From the NCBI GenBank assembly GCA_964016885.1, contig OZ024746.1, positions 9,362,001 through 9,426,000 on the forward strand: 64,000 nt of DNA, read 5' to 3'. This DNA comes from Eledone cirrhosa. Taxonomy: Eukaryota. Positions 45,459-59,028 of this stretch are shown one piece after another (position 1 is the stretch's first letter; the number at the start of each line of letters is the position of its first letter). Below the pieces are notes generated by a model that was not told where the DNA came from, did no database searches, and worked only from the letters and a program-made list of their open reading frames with translations. Position numbers and translations under genes: made by a program.

Positions 45459-45833
45459 TATTAAATTGTTAAACAATATTCGATGATTATGTCAAAGAAT
45501 GATTTTTACAGTAGATTGGAAGCACTCAACGATAAAATAATTTTCAGGAGTTAATAATATAAGTATTAATAAAATAGATGTTCTTTTGATCAATTACATT
45601 TTATTATACATATTTCGGATGTACAACATACGTCCTCATCAGACAAAATATAATGATACATGACATACCCTGAGATGTTAAATGGTTAAGATTTAATCAA
45701 GGTAGTCTTAACCATTTAACATCTCAGGGTATGTCATGTATCATTATATTTTGTCTGATGAGGACGTATGTTGTACATCCGAAATATGTATAATAAAATG
45801 TAATTGATCTAAAGAACATCTATTTTATTAATA

Positions 45834-45840
<7 letters not shown>
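45455..45840. mobile_element. Family I PLE-like element with ~135-bp near-perfect inverted arms, each with a hammerhead motif
   Basis: Arms ~45557-45691 and ~45706-45840. (TA)n on both sides. Confidence 0.85.
45748..45799 (+). ncRNA. Hammerhead ribozyme motif, sense to the Cav3 intron (mirror copy on - at ~45598-45648)
   Basis: CUGAUGA(45755-45761)-GGAcGUA-uguug-UACaUCC-GAAA(45781-45784)-UAUG-UA. Stem I is imperfect. Confidence 0.65.
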
Positions 45841-45901
<61 letters not shown>

Positions 45902-46047
45902 GAACGAGAGAGAGAAATATATAGATATTCGTACATACAGCACAACTTCATCTTTTATGAATGAGAGTTGAAAGCAGAGAATATTATGTGACGTGTTCAT
46001 TGTGACAAGGTTGAACAGTATGAATTATAGCATCTTGCAATATATGA

Positions 46048-46202
<155 letters not shown>

Positions 46203-46257
46203 TATATATATATATATATATATATGAATATGTATATGTATATATATATATATATGA

Positions 46258-46289
<32 letters not shown>

Positions 46290-46458
46290 GTATATATATA
46301 TATATATAATATACATATATACCTGCACACGCTTTGCGTAAAATGTCATGTATTTACTGAAGAGCGTGGGAAGTATATAATTGATAGACAATTATTTCTC
46401 AAACCACATATATATGTATGTATATATGTGTGTGCTTGCGTGAGACCCTGCACGTATG

Positions 46459-46508
<50 letters not shown>

Positions 46509-46581
46509 CATATATATATATATATATAAACAGATACGTCTTTTAATGATAAACTTAATATATTTGTAGACGCGAAATATA

Positions 46582-46672
<91 letters not shown>

Positions 46673-46684
46673 TGTGTGTGTGTG

Positions 46685-46717
<33 letters not shown>

Positions 46718-47189
46718 TAGCGGGTTTAATTTAAACAATAGCACCATAACACCTGAAGTACAGGTAAAAATTAGCAGAGTAAACCAACAGAGAGAGAGAG
46801 AGAGAGAGGGAGAGAGGGAGAGAGAGAGAGAGACAGAGTGAGAAAGAGAAATAGTGAAGTGTATAATTGCTTCCATTTCCATCATATAAAAATCTCCGTT
46901 GCTAACGCAACTCACAATCATTGCTATGAGAAGGATGAACCGAAAACCGAAGTCTGCAGCAAAATATGCGTTTGTCCTGTTGGCTGTGTGTGTAAGTGGG
47001 TCTGTGTGTGCCAGGTGTATGTGTGTGTATGTAATTTATATATACGTGCTCATGTGTGTGTCTGTGGTTTTAAATATGTCAATGTGTGTATATCCTTGTA
47101 TTTTTTTACGTGATATAATGTGCCTGTGTGGTCTTATATGTGACATTATTTGTGTGTAAGTTTCTAATTTTGTTGTCATATTCGTGGCA

Positions 47190-47485
47190 TTATATGAGTG
47201 CGTTTATTGTGTGTATGTTTAGCTGAATTATGAGTGCGTTTATTGTGCGTATGTTTAGCTGAATTATGAGTGCGTTTATTGTGTGTATGTTTAGCTGAAT
47301 TATGAGTGCGTTTATTGTGCGTATGTTTACCTAAATTATGAATGCGTTTATTGTGTGTATGTTTACCTAAATTATGAGTGCGTTTATTGTGCGTATGTTT
47401 ACCTAAATTATGAGTGCGTTTATTGTGTGTATGTTTACCTAAATTATGAGTGCGTTTATTGTGCGTATATTTACTTAAATTATAT
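47190..47485. repeat. 36-bp minisatellite, about 8 copies
   Basis: ttatgagtgcgtttattgtgYgtatgttta(gctg/ccta)aa. Confidence 0.95.
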
Positions 47486-47549
47486 GCAAGCAGGCACGTG
47501 TGTGTCAGCAATTTAGCATGCGTCAATATGTGTGTGCGAAATGATAATT

Positions 47550-47661
47550 AATTGTTTCTACTTTTGGCACTAGGCCACCAAATATCCAGTGCATTACTGG
47601 TACTTTATTTTATCGACCCCGTAAGGATGAAAGGCAAAGTTAACCTCGACGGGATTTGAAC
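47550..47661 (-). mobile_element. SINE family 1, 5'-truncated
   Basis: Consensus match. Confidence 0.85.
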
Positions 47662-47863
47662 TTGTAGTCAGTGTGTAAGCGTGTGCTAGAGAGAGGGATA
47701 TATATATATATATTATATATATATATTCATATATATATATATATATTTTATATATATATTTATATATATATATATATATTTTATATATATATATATATAT
47801 ATTTTATATGTATATATTCATATAATATATATATATATATATATTTTATATATATATATATTC

Positions 47864-47908
<45 letters not shown>

Positions 47909-47949
47909 ATTCATATATATATTTTATATATATTTTATATATATATTCA

Positions 47950-48425
47950 TCCTCCTCTTTCTTCCCGTTTGACCTGTGAGTAACTCTTTTCTCTCACATT
48001 CTCGGCCAAGCTGGTCGGAATTTTTTCTCTCTCGTCTACGATTTCACAGAACTTATGTTTACCGAATTCGCAGACCAGACCCCTTCTTCCTCCCGTTAGA
48101 CCTGTGTGAAATTCCTTCCTTGCTCACATTTCAACCAGGTTTGATGGTCTTTATTCTCTCGTTCACGATTTCACCGAACTTAAATTCATAGAAATCTGGG
48201 ACTTGTCTCCTTCTTCCTCACTTTCTGTTGCCTCACCATTTTGTTTGTTTACCCTCGCGTCCCCTTTATTTACGTGTCCCAACGACTTTTTTTAGCCGTT
48301 GCTCGCACCAACCGGAGGTATATGGTCTTTAAAGCGATGAAATGCCTATGATGGTTGGAAGATCACTGATGAAAGACAAACTTTTTTCATATGTATCCCA
48401 TTTGCAACTCCGCAGCGCCCTTATT
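47950..48425 (+). mobile_element. Family D element in (TA)n, with internal partial duplication (cccgttNgacctgtg twice)
   Basis: Homologous to 15630-16050 (-) and, at the 3' end, to 52305-52402 (-). Confidence 0.8.
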
Positions 48426-48491
<66 letters not shown>

Positions 48492-48811
48492 TATATATAT
48501 ATACGTATATATGTATGTGTGTATGTATGTGTGTGTGTGTGTATGTGTGTGTTTTGTTTGTGCGTGTGCAAGAGCGATTGAGTGCAAAGTGCAAATATTT
48601 GTTGGTACATATATACAAGATTTACACAAAAAATGCGTGAAATAGAGAAATTGTCAAATGAATATATGTATATGGGGATGTATGTGTGTATGTGTGTATG
48701 TGTGTGTGTATGTGCGTGTGTGTGTGTCTGTGTGTGTATGTGTGTTTAATGAAAGACATCTGAGCTCAGGATTGCAAACTTCTCTTACAAAACAATATCT
48801 TACAATAAATA

Positions 48812-49152
48812 TTGTGACAAAGCTGGCATTTTAAATTACAGAGTTCTCAGGGAGATTCAGCAGACACAGTATGTTACAAGGCTGGCCTTTTATATTAAAG
48901 AGTTCTCAGAAAGATTCAGCAGCCACAGTGTGTAACAAGGCTGGCCTTTTAAATTACAGAGTTCTCAGGGAGATTCAGCAGACACAGTGTGTGACAAGGC
49001 TGGCCTTTTAAATTATAGAGTTCTCAGGGAGATTCAGCATAACAGAGTATGTAACAAGGCTGGCCTTTTATATTACAGATTTCTCGGGGAGATTCAGCTA
49101 AACACAGTGTGTGACAAGGCTGGCCTTTTAAATTACAGAGTTCTCAGGGAGA
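48812..49152. repeat. ~59-60-bp minisatellite, 6 copies
   Basis: gtgtgacaaggctggccttttaaattacagagttctcagggagattcagcagacaca. Confidence 0.95.
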
Positions 49153-51369
49153 AGTGGAACGATATACAGTGTGAAGGATAAAGTGTAACGGTTACAGCTT
49201 TTGGAGGTTTCTATGATAAGACTCGGCGAATTTCCCGTGTAATTTACTATTTGAATAACATTACGACATAGTCACTGAACTGGTGATAAAAACGAAGGTT
49301 ATGTCATGAGAAATACATCAATATCTTCATCAATATTCAACAAGATTTCTCCATAAATCGTCTGAGTCGGTAAATTCGTAATGAATATAAATTCATAAAC
49401 AAGAAGAAGCATCCTCCAGACTATGAGGGTGACTGTTATATTGACGAGTGACAAGTTAGAAATAGCAGCCAAAAATCTACCTCACATTAAACTCGAACGT
49501 TTTGAAAAAAGAGGAACTCCTTCAGATTATGCAGTCCTAGATACACATTAACCGGTAAAAATACAGGATGTTTATGTATGTATCACATCTGATGACAGGT
49601 CTGGTTTTCGTTAAGCAGTTTTGACCTATAGTTAAACAACAACAGCAACAACAGGTCTTCCAAATGTTGATACCTAACATAGTGAAAGAGTCCAGCATTT
49701 TATGAAAACTGTCGTCAATTAATTCAAGCACATTACGTGATTGTTATCTGTTTTATTGAATCACAGAAAATGAATACCGTAATCAATCCCGGTGGAATTC
49801 GAATCCAAAACGTAACCAAACATAACCATGTAATTTAATCCACAGCCTTTCTGATACTAGATTCCACTGCCCTTTCAGTAGTGATTTCTTAAATTGACAC
49901 AAGACTATAATTTTATTGAGAACTGAATCAATTTCCTCGTATATTTTCCTTTCTGTTTTATTTCCGTTCAATACTGTAATGCACACCGGACTATTTTGAC
50001 AGTTTCTGAAACGAGTCATGTATTTTTTCTTCATGGGAAGGGTTCTTTAATCCTCGCTTAACCCTACTCATGTGTAGAGAAGAAGAGAATGAGAGGATGA
50101 GCCTAGTACAGGACTGGTACTTTATTTATAGATCCCTAAAATATAAGAGATGGAGCTGACCTCTTGGAGATTTGAACTCATTTCAAAGAGACGGGACAAA
50201 TACCGCAAAACATTCTCCCCAACTTCCTAGCAACTCTAACAATTGAAAGACCGACTGGTATATTGGTATATTACTGGTTCTCCTATCTACTCAGAAATCA
50301 AGGCATGAAAACTGGAATTTGGTATGATTTGAACTCTCAAAATAACTAAATACTGTAGGGTGTTTAGTCCTATGCTCTCCTGATTAGACCAATATACCGC
50401 TCTTCATAATGGCAATTTTTAATTAAGGCACAAAACCAGCAATTTAGTGGGAGTGAAAAGTTGATTAGATCGAAGCCAGAATTTGATTTGTACTTTATTT
50501 ATTCGAGCCAGGGATGTATAAAATGAAAAGGACTTCGGCAGTATGGGAACTCAGAATATAGAGGTTCATAATTAAATACCACCAGACTTTCTTGTTCGGA
50601 ATCTGAACCATTCTGTTAATTTGTTGCTCCTTTATGTTTTAGTAAGTTATTAACTTCAAATGATATCTCAGAAAGGTATGTGTAGTCTGATTCAGTTCTT
50701 CATACGTCCTATGACAGGAGATTAAAATGTTAGTACAAAATATTCCTGATTAAATGTTAACACCGTAAATTCTAGGAAAGCGGCCTCTGCATTAGTCACA
50801 CAACTTGCTGGAAATAGATGCCAAACCATCCTCAAATCCCATCCGTTAATACTCCACGCACCTTGTACGGCAGTTAGAGGTATACACTGAAAATATTTAA
50901 TAGGGAAACACTGCGGGGATTCCAAATTAAATGCAGGATTTTGCAAATTAAATGGTAACATCTTGAAATCTATTGAAACAGCGAATGCAAGGGAAAGGCT
51001 TGTGCTTCAGAACTTACTCATTAGCTATGCAAATAAAAAGAGAGGCAACTAGGACATGTGCTAAGAAAGGAATGTCAATGATTTCCTCAGCAGACACTCC
51101 CCCGTTGAAAGCATATGTACAAATGTCAGGAAGACATGGTGGAGGCAAAAACCTGGGGATCTGATCTGAGATATACAGGTAAGTGGGATGGATTGAAATA
51201 ACACACTGGGGGTGAGGCGTGTCTGTAAAGAACGCGGTGTGGCATTGTAGTAATGTTATAAACTGATACAACCAGCCAGGGTGTTCCAGCGTGAAATATA
51301 TAGACAATATAAACATACAGAACACACATACGTTCACATCCACCCGTTTACACACCCAAGGAACTCCTC

Positions 51370-51407
<38 letters not shown>

Positions 51408-51768
51408 ATGTATATATATATGTATGTGTGTGTGTCTATGTATGTGTGTGTATACACACACACAATCATAAATATTTATTTCGATACACCTACCTATTCA
51501 CGCGATATGCTAGACATGGCATTCAAATCTTCCTCTACAATATTACTATACGTTGTATTCTGTGTACATAGAAAAAATATGGGATGATCACGGCTGGTAT
51601 GTCTTTGATCGTAGGTGTCCTCAATGAGGAATGACCTTCGATACTTCTTTCTGCTCTCTACAATATGGGTTCAAATCCTATCAAGGTCAACTTCGCCTGT
51701 CATCCATTCTTGTTCGATAAATACAGAGGTCTAATCTTTTTCTATCTCTTTGTCAATGTCTCTCTCTC

Positions 51769-51822
<54 letters not shown>

Positions 51823-51837
51823 ACTCTCTCTCTATCG

Positions 51838-51881
<44 letters not shown>

Positions 51882-51899
51882 GTCTCTCTCTATATATAT

Positions 51900-52032
51900 A
51901 TTATAAGCAAAAGTTTGCTTAAACTTTAATCTGTTATTTTAATAAATATTTGGTCTGGGGTTCTTATATATCTGATATATATTTATCCTTATCGAGCCCT
52001 CTTTGGATTTTCGTCTTCACATTTATTATTAT

Positions 52033-52084
<52 letters not shown>

Positions 52085-52271
52085 CGAAGGAGTTGTGTAA
52101 GGAACCAGATGGACCATAACGCACCAGAGTACTCAATACTTAGGGTAGTAGAGTGGGTAATAAGAAAATGTATGAACCCGACGGCAGAGCTCAAGCCGTT
52201 TTGGACGGCTATTTCTGGACAGAAATACCCGTCGAAACGGCTTGAGTTCTGCCGTCGGGGTCATATATTTT

Positions 52272-52308
<37 letters not shown>

Positions 52309-52396
52309 AATATGGGGAGAAGAATACTGCATGGTTGCACATGGATTACATGTTATAAAATGAGTCCCTCATCAGTGATTTGCCAACGATCATTGG

Positions 52397-52439
<43 letters not shown>

Positions 52440-52555
52440 TAACAGATTAAAGTTTAAGCAAAGAATCGCTCTACGGTTCTTATATATTTGATATATATTT
52501 ATCCTTATCGAGCCCTCTTTGGATTTTAGTCTTCAAATTTATTATTATTACTATA
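51900..52555. mobile_element. Cluster of (TA)n-separated short elements: B, E (fold-back), D fragment, B
   Basis: B ~51905-52035, E 52083-52275, D ~52305-52402, B ~52433-52552, each bounded by (TA)n. Confidence 0.8.
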
Positions 52556-52943
52556 TATATATATATATATTTCTGTCTCTCTCGCACTCGCTCTCTTTTG
52601 CTCCGGAATAAATTGGTTGTATTTAGAGGTGGTGAGTGTTAAGCTCCGCCAGTTTTAAATGTTAAAGACAAACCGCATATGACGACCCTACGATTCTATC
52701 AAGAGTTAAGTGCCTACAGTGTGGAATCACTAATGTGATGATGTAGATTTCCTTCATTTCTACATGTTTTTTCTCAGATCTATTATCTACGTATATCTGT
52801 ATTTCATTTTTATAATTTTCATAGGAAGACCTTCGAAATTCATTATATATACGTGTGTGTGTGTGTGTGTGTGTGCTAGGTCTGCGTATTCTATTATTTA
52901 TATGAATACGTTTTAGACATGCTTTACTGATTATGCTACTCGC

Positions 52944-53012
<69 letters not shown>

Positions 53013-53100
53013 ATGTATATAGATATATAAATAAATAGATAGATAGAATATATATATCTATAAGCATATATATATACATATATATATATATATATGTATG

Positions 53101-53135
<35 letters not shown>

Positions 53136-53414
53136 GTGTGTGTGTGTCAACAAATTTACATTTATTTCCTTTATCTTAGAAGAACGCGGTCAACAATGAT
53201 GATGACATTGATGCTGATGATGAGGGGTATGGGTAGGGGAGGGGGGGTGACAATGTTCATCCTGGTGATATAAAATCAATTGCGTCTTTGGGCTTTGAAG
53301 ACTAATTAAATCTACAGTGACAGTTAATTCCAATAATGTGTTGGCGATGACATGGAATTCCGTAGAATTAGACAACCCTCCGTACAACAACAACAACAAC
53401 AACATTGTTGCTAC

Positions 53415-53826
53415 TGTTGGTACCAAGCTAGTAATTTGAAGGGAAGTGGAAAAGGCAATTATATCGACCCCAGTACGTTACTGGTACTTTATTTTATCGA
53501 CCCCCGTAATGGTGAAAAGCAAAGCTAACCTTAGCGGGATTTGAACTCAGAACATAAAAGGCCGTAACTCTATGCTACAAAGCATGTTGTCCCGCGCTCT
53601 ACCGTTACTGCCAATCCACTGCCCTAACTTGCTTCCAAATAATTGTTTCTACTTTTGGCACAAGGCCAGCAAATACCCCATTGCATTACTGGTACTTTAT
53701 TTTATCGACCCCGTAAGGATGAAAGGTAAAGTCAACCTCGGTGGGATTTGAACTCAGATCGTAAAGGGACGTAACTATACTGGAAAGCATGGCGTCCGAC
53801 CCTCTACCAATACTGCCAATCCACCA
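53415..53826 (-). mobile_element. Two tandem family 1 SINEs
   Basis: ~53415-53625 and ~53640-53826 match the consensus. Confidence 0.9.
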
Positions 53827-53841
53827 TCATAAGAATAATCG

Positions 53842-54095
53842 GTTAGTGTTGCCCGTAAAATCTCTTGAGAGATTCTTTCCTCAGTCATTCTAACCATACG
53901 CCCGTAATATCGGAGCTGTGATTTTTCAATTTGATGAAGTGGCAGCTCTCCTGGAGCGATTCTCTGATCTCCGAGCTCTGCACTCTGTCGAGTAATGTTA
54001 CTCCAGAGACCCTTCAGAGAAACCTCAGTTCGGCTCTTTGTATTCTCGATCGTATTCTTTCAGTCATTACCCTAGATTCGAGACCATAGGTATAT
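53842..54095 (-). mobile_element. Second RTE-clade LINE family (Rex3/Expander-like C-terminus), degenerate
   Basis: Reverse-complement translation YTYGLESRVMTERIRSRIQRAELRFL*RVSGVTLLDRVQSSEIRESL..(frameshift)..IEKSQLRYYGRMVRM. Confidence 0.8.
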
Positions 54096-54643
54096 CTTTG
54101 AAAACTATATTCTTTGTTATACACTTGTTCCCCTTCTACTTTGAATGTTGTTATATATTCCTTTTATCTTTAAGATAAGACGTGTACATGCTCTAGAAGA
54201 GCTACATGTTACATGAGAAATGACTGGTTGATGAAGAAATAATGAACTTTCTCTAATGTTTGTCCTTGAGGCTTGTTCGTTGTTATTAAAAATCCTAAAT
54301 GCATTGGAAATTGATCTGCCTCTAAAACCAAAGGTAAATGGGCATCACCTGCACAGAATTTGATATGTGGAAATCAAACCTTTGATCCTAACTGTGCATT
54401 ATTAATCAGTGCTGCTTGTATAGAGGTATTGTGTAGGCTACAAATCGAAAATAATATCGATCTGTAATATTATTCTGGTACACTGGAATATATCGACCTT
54501 AGTACTTAAGTGTGGCAATTTGTATTATCGACCTCGGGAAGGAGGACAAGCAGAATTGTCCTTGGAGGGATTTGAACATAAGGAAACATAATAAATTACC
54601 TCCAGGTTTCCCTCGATTCCACAAATCCAGCGCCATTAATTTA

Positions 54644-54682
<39 letters not shown>

Positions 54683-54683
<1 letters not shown>

Positions 54684-54868
54684 GGGCGGTGGATTGGCAG
54701 TATCGGTAGAGGGTCGGACGCCACGCTTTCCAGCATAGTTACGTCCCTTTACGATCTGAGTTCAAATCCCGCCGAGGTTGACTTTGCCTTTCATCCTTAC
54801 GGGGTCGATAAAATAAAGTACCAGTAATGCACTGGGTAATTGCTGGCCTTGTGCCTAAAGTAGAAACA

Positions 54869-54872
<4 letters not shown>
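54683..54872 (+). mobile_element. SINE family 1, full-length reference copy, flanked by (ATT)n
   Basis: A box tggcagtatcggtag, B box gagttcaaatccc, central ctttgcctttcatccttacggggtcgataaaataaagtaccag (resembles the Meta/MESC-type SINE domain), tail aattattatt. Confidence 0.92.
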
Positions 54873-54903
<31 letters not shown>

Positions 54904-54992
54904 GTCCTGTATTGTCCTGCACTGTCCTTAATGTCTACTTTATGTAAACCCTTGTGGTTAATAAAGAAATCATTATTATTATTATTATTATA

Positions 54993-55210
54993 AGGGCAGT
55001 GGATTGGTTGAGTCATTTAGAGCGACAGACCACATGATTCGCGGCATAGTTACGGATCTTTACGTTCTGAGTTCAAATCCCGCCGAAGTTTGCCTTTCGT
55101 CCTTACGAAGTCGATGAAATAAAGTACCAGCTACTAACTGGGGTCAATTTAATCGACTTTCCCCTTCCCTCCATAATTGTTGGCCTTGTACCTAAATCAG
55201 AAACAATTAT
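54993..55210 (+). mobile_element. SINE family 1 (long-tail subtype)
   Basis: Consensus match plus ggggtcaatttaatcgactttcccc. Confidence 0.85.
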
Positions 55211-55789
55211 TACTATCATCTTCATCGTCGTTGTTGTTATAAAGGATGTGACAAACACAACTCTGTAAAAGATTTAGATTTACTCCGAGGAACTTAATAA
55301 AAAAGATTTTATTTTCAAAAAATGAATTTGGAACATTTCCGTCTTCAACCCGCTTAACTTCAGGTAGATTAAAAAAATTGTCCTTGGATATTTTATTATT
55401 TTTATTTTTTTCTATTGTTTACTATTTCTTTCTGTAACTACTAGTTTACACTTTTTTAACAAGTTTATCTGCGCTACCAATGAGAAGTGCTAACCCCAAG
55501 CAAGGCAGCAGAGAATACACCCATAAGAATGTCGATTCATTTCTTTGGAAGAAGGGGGGGGGGGGGCAGAGTTCGAAAATATGTCAAAGAGAAATGAGGA
55601 AATGAATACATTCGAACAAACTGACACAACATCCATTCTAAGAAAGGAAAAAGAAAATAATACTCCAAGAACGTTAATGGCAATATCATTAATGATGCTA
55701 GCATTGCTAATGAGAGGCAACCGCTGGATAGAACTTGGCTCTCAGAAGACAAACAAGGGAGAGGTATTTCACGAGAGACAGTACCTTTT

Positions 55790-56050
55790 TACCTGAGGAA
55801 TAGATCCAGTAATAGGCGAGGAGAAAAAGACTAAAAGACCCTAAAAAATCAAAGAATATCTAGAAGAAAGACTGAAGGATTTGTACGACAGGCGGCCCAA
55901 AGTCGTGATTGTACATCTGTCGTTAAGATTTAGGTTGAAGCAAGGTAAACAAATGAGGTTAGTGCGTCACACAGCTCTCTACCGACACGGGGGGGTGCCG
56001 TTATATTGGGGTCGACCAACAAAGTACTATTCGGAGAATTGTTGGTCCTT
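55790..56050 (+). mobile_element. Possible decayed C-terminus of an RLE-type non-LTR element
   Basis: Fragments EEKKTK..LKDLYD..KVVIV..AVILGSTNKVL loosely resemble the REL-domain tail. Frameshifted. Confidence 0.3.
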
Positions 56051-56109
56051 GGCTCATCGTCAACTTGGTGACAGAGTAGCACCACCAGCAGGAGAAGCAG
56101 GCAACCACA

Positions 56110-57758
56110 GTAACAACATCATTAGCATCACCATAACATCATCAACATCATCATCATCATCATCATAATTATCATCGTCAACATCATCATCGTCATCGTC
56201 AACATCATCATCATATTCACTACCACCACCGCCACTATTACCACTACCCGCACCACCGCCACCACTACCTGCACCACCGCCACCTTTACCCGCACCACCG
56301 CCACCACTACCTGCACCACCGCCACCACTACCCGCACCACCGCCACCACTACTTGCACCACCGCCACCTTTACCCGCACCACCGCCACCACTACCTGCAC
56401 CACCGCCACCACTACCCGCACCACCGCCACCACTACTTGCACCACCGCCACCTTTACCCGCACCACCGCCACCACTACCTGCACCACCGCCACCACTACC
56501 TGCACCACCGCCACCACTGCCTGCACCATCGCCACCACTACCCGCACCACCGCCACCACTACCCGCACCACCGCCACCACTACCTGCACCACCGCCACCA
56601 CTGCCTGCACCACCGCCACCACTACCCGCACCACCACCACTACCTGCACCACCGCCACCACTACCCGCACCACCGCCACCACTACCCGCACCACCACCAC
56701 CACTGTCCGCACCACCGCCATCACTGTCCGCACCACCGCCACCATCATTACCCGCACCACCGTCACCACTACCTGCACCACCACCACCACTACCTGCACC
56801 ACCGCCACCACTTCCCGCACCACCGCCACCACTTCCCGCACCACCACCACCACTATCCGCACCACCGCCACCGCTACCCGCACCACCACCACCACTACCC
56901 GCAACACCACCACCACTACCTGCACCACCGCCACCACTACCTGCACCACCATCACCACTACCCGCACCACCGCCACCACTACCTGCACCACCGCCACCAC
57001 TTCCCGCACCACCACCACCACCACTTCCCGCACCACCACTATCCGCACCACCGCCACCACTACCAGCACCACCGCCACCACCACCATCATCACCACCACC
57101 ACCACCATCACCAACACCACCACCACCACCACCACCACCATCACCACCACCACCACCACCACCATCACCAACACCACCACCACCACCAGCACCACCATCA
57201 CCATCATCACCATCATTACCACCACCACCATCACCACCACCACCACCACCACCACCACCACCACCACCACCACCACTACAACCACCACCACCACCACCAC
57301 CACCACCACCACCACCGCCACCGCCACCACCACCATCACCACCACCACCACCACCACCACCACCACCGCCACCGCCACCACCACCATCACCACCACCACC
57401 ACCACCACCACCACCACCACCACCACCACCACCACCACCACCGCCACCGCCACCACCACCATCACCACCACCACCATCACCACCACCACCACCACCACCA
57501 CCACCACCACCACCACTACAACCACCACCACCACCACCACCACCACCACCGCCACCGCCACCACCACCACCACCACCACCACCACCACCACCACCACCAC
57601 CACCACCACCACCACCACCACCACCACCACCATCACCACCACCACCACCACCACCACCACCACCACCACCAACACCATCACCACCATCACCACCAACACC
57701 AACACCACCATCACCACCACCACCACCACCACCAACACCACCACCATCATCATCATCA
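56110..57758. repeat. Compound (CAT)n / 21-bp CACCACCGCCACCACTACC(C/T)G minisatellite / (CAC)n array
   Basis: Direct reading. Confidence 0.95.
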
Positions 57759-58002
57759 TTTCTGTATCGTTAACATTTCATTTTTTTCTGAAGTAGGAAA
57801 TACAAACCAGAAGGTAAAGTGATTATATATTTTATCAGTTTCTTCCACGTTCCTATGTCACTATTTCCAACAGATAACTATTACATATATATATATATAC
57901 ACACATATATATGTGTATATATATATATATGTACACACACATATATATGTGTGTATATATATATATACACACACATATATATGTGTGTATATATATATAT
58001 AT

Positions 58003-58270
<268 letters not shown>

Positions 58271-58339
58271 CGTTTCTGAATTTGGCAACATGGCCCTCCC
58301 AAAGTATAACAATATATATATATATACATACATACATAT

Positions 58340-58351
58340 ACAACTGATAAC

Positions 58352-58402
<51 letters not shown>

Positions 58403-58720
58403 ACTGATAACTATTATATATATATATATATATATATCTATATATATATACAACTGATAACTATTATATATATATATATATATATTCATCTACATACAAG
58501 TGATAACTATTATATATATACATACATACACAAAAGATAACTATCATATATATATACATACAAACACAAGTGATATATATGTATATATACATGCATACAC
58601 AAGTGATAACTATGATATATATAGTATATATACCTACATGCACTAGAGATAATTAATACATACATACACACATACATGCATAAGTACAAAAGAGATAACT
58701 ATTATATATACATGCATGCA
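58340..58720. repeat. Degenerate tandem repeat caa(c/g)tgataactat+(TA)n
   Basis: About 8 units with variable microsatellite spacers. Confidence 0.8.
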
Positions 58721-58750
58721 TACACAACAGCTATATATTTACATGCATGC

Positions 58751-58802
<52 letters not shown>

Positions 58803-58932
58803 CACAAATGGAAAAAAGTAGTAAAGGTGGGGGGAGGGGAGGCTCATATATTTGGCTACACGCCAACTTCACGCAATATCGTTTTACTAATGACGTTTAA
58901 AAGCCTGGTTAAATATATAAACATATAGACAC

Positions 58933-59028
<96 letters not shown>

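Noticed and set aside
50720-51300. Possible decayed LINE endonuclease region
   Set aside because: The resemblance is vague and lacks diagnostic motifs, so it cannot be supported without a search.
54683-54780. tRNA genes
   Set aside because: The A/B boxes belong to SINE heads and no complete cloverleaf was evident.
56128-57822. 543-aa poly-Val and 489-aa His-rich ORFs
   Set aside because: These are stop-free by-products of (CAC)n and 21-bp repeats inside an intron, with no splice or homology support.
58340-58720. Repeat-spacer-like array
   Set aside because: The spacers are only variable (TA/CA)n, so this is a degenerate tandem repeat.
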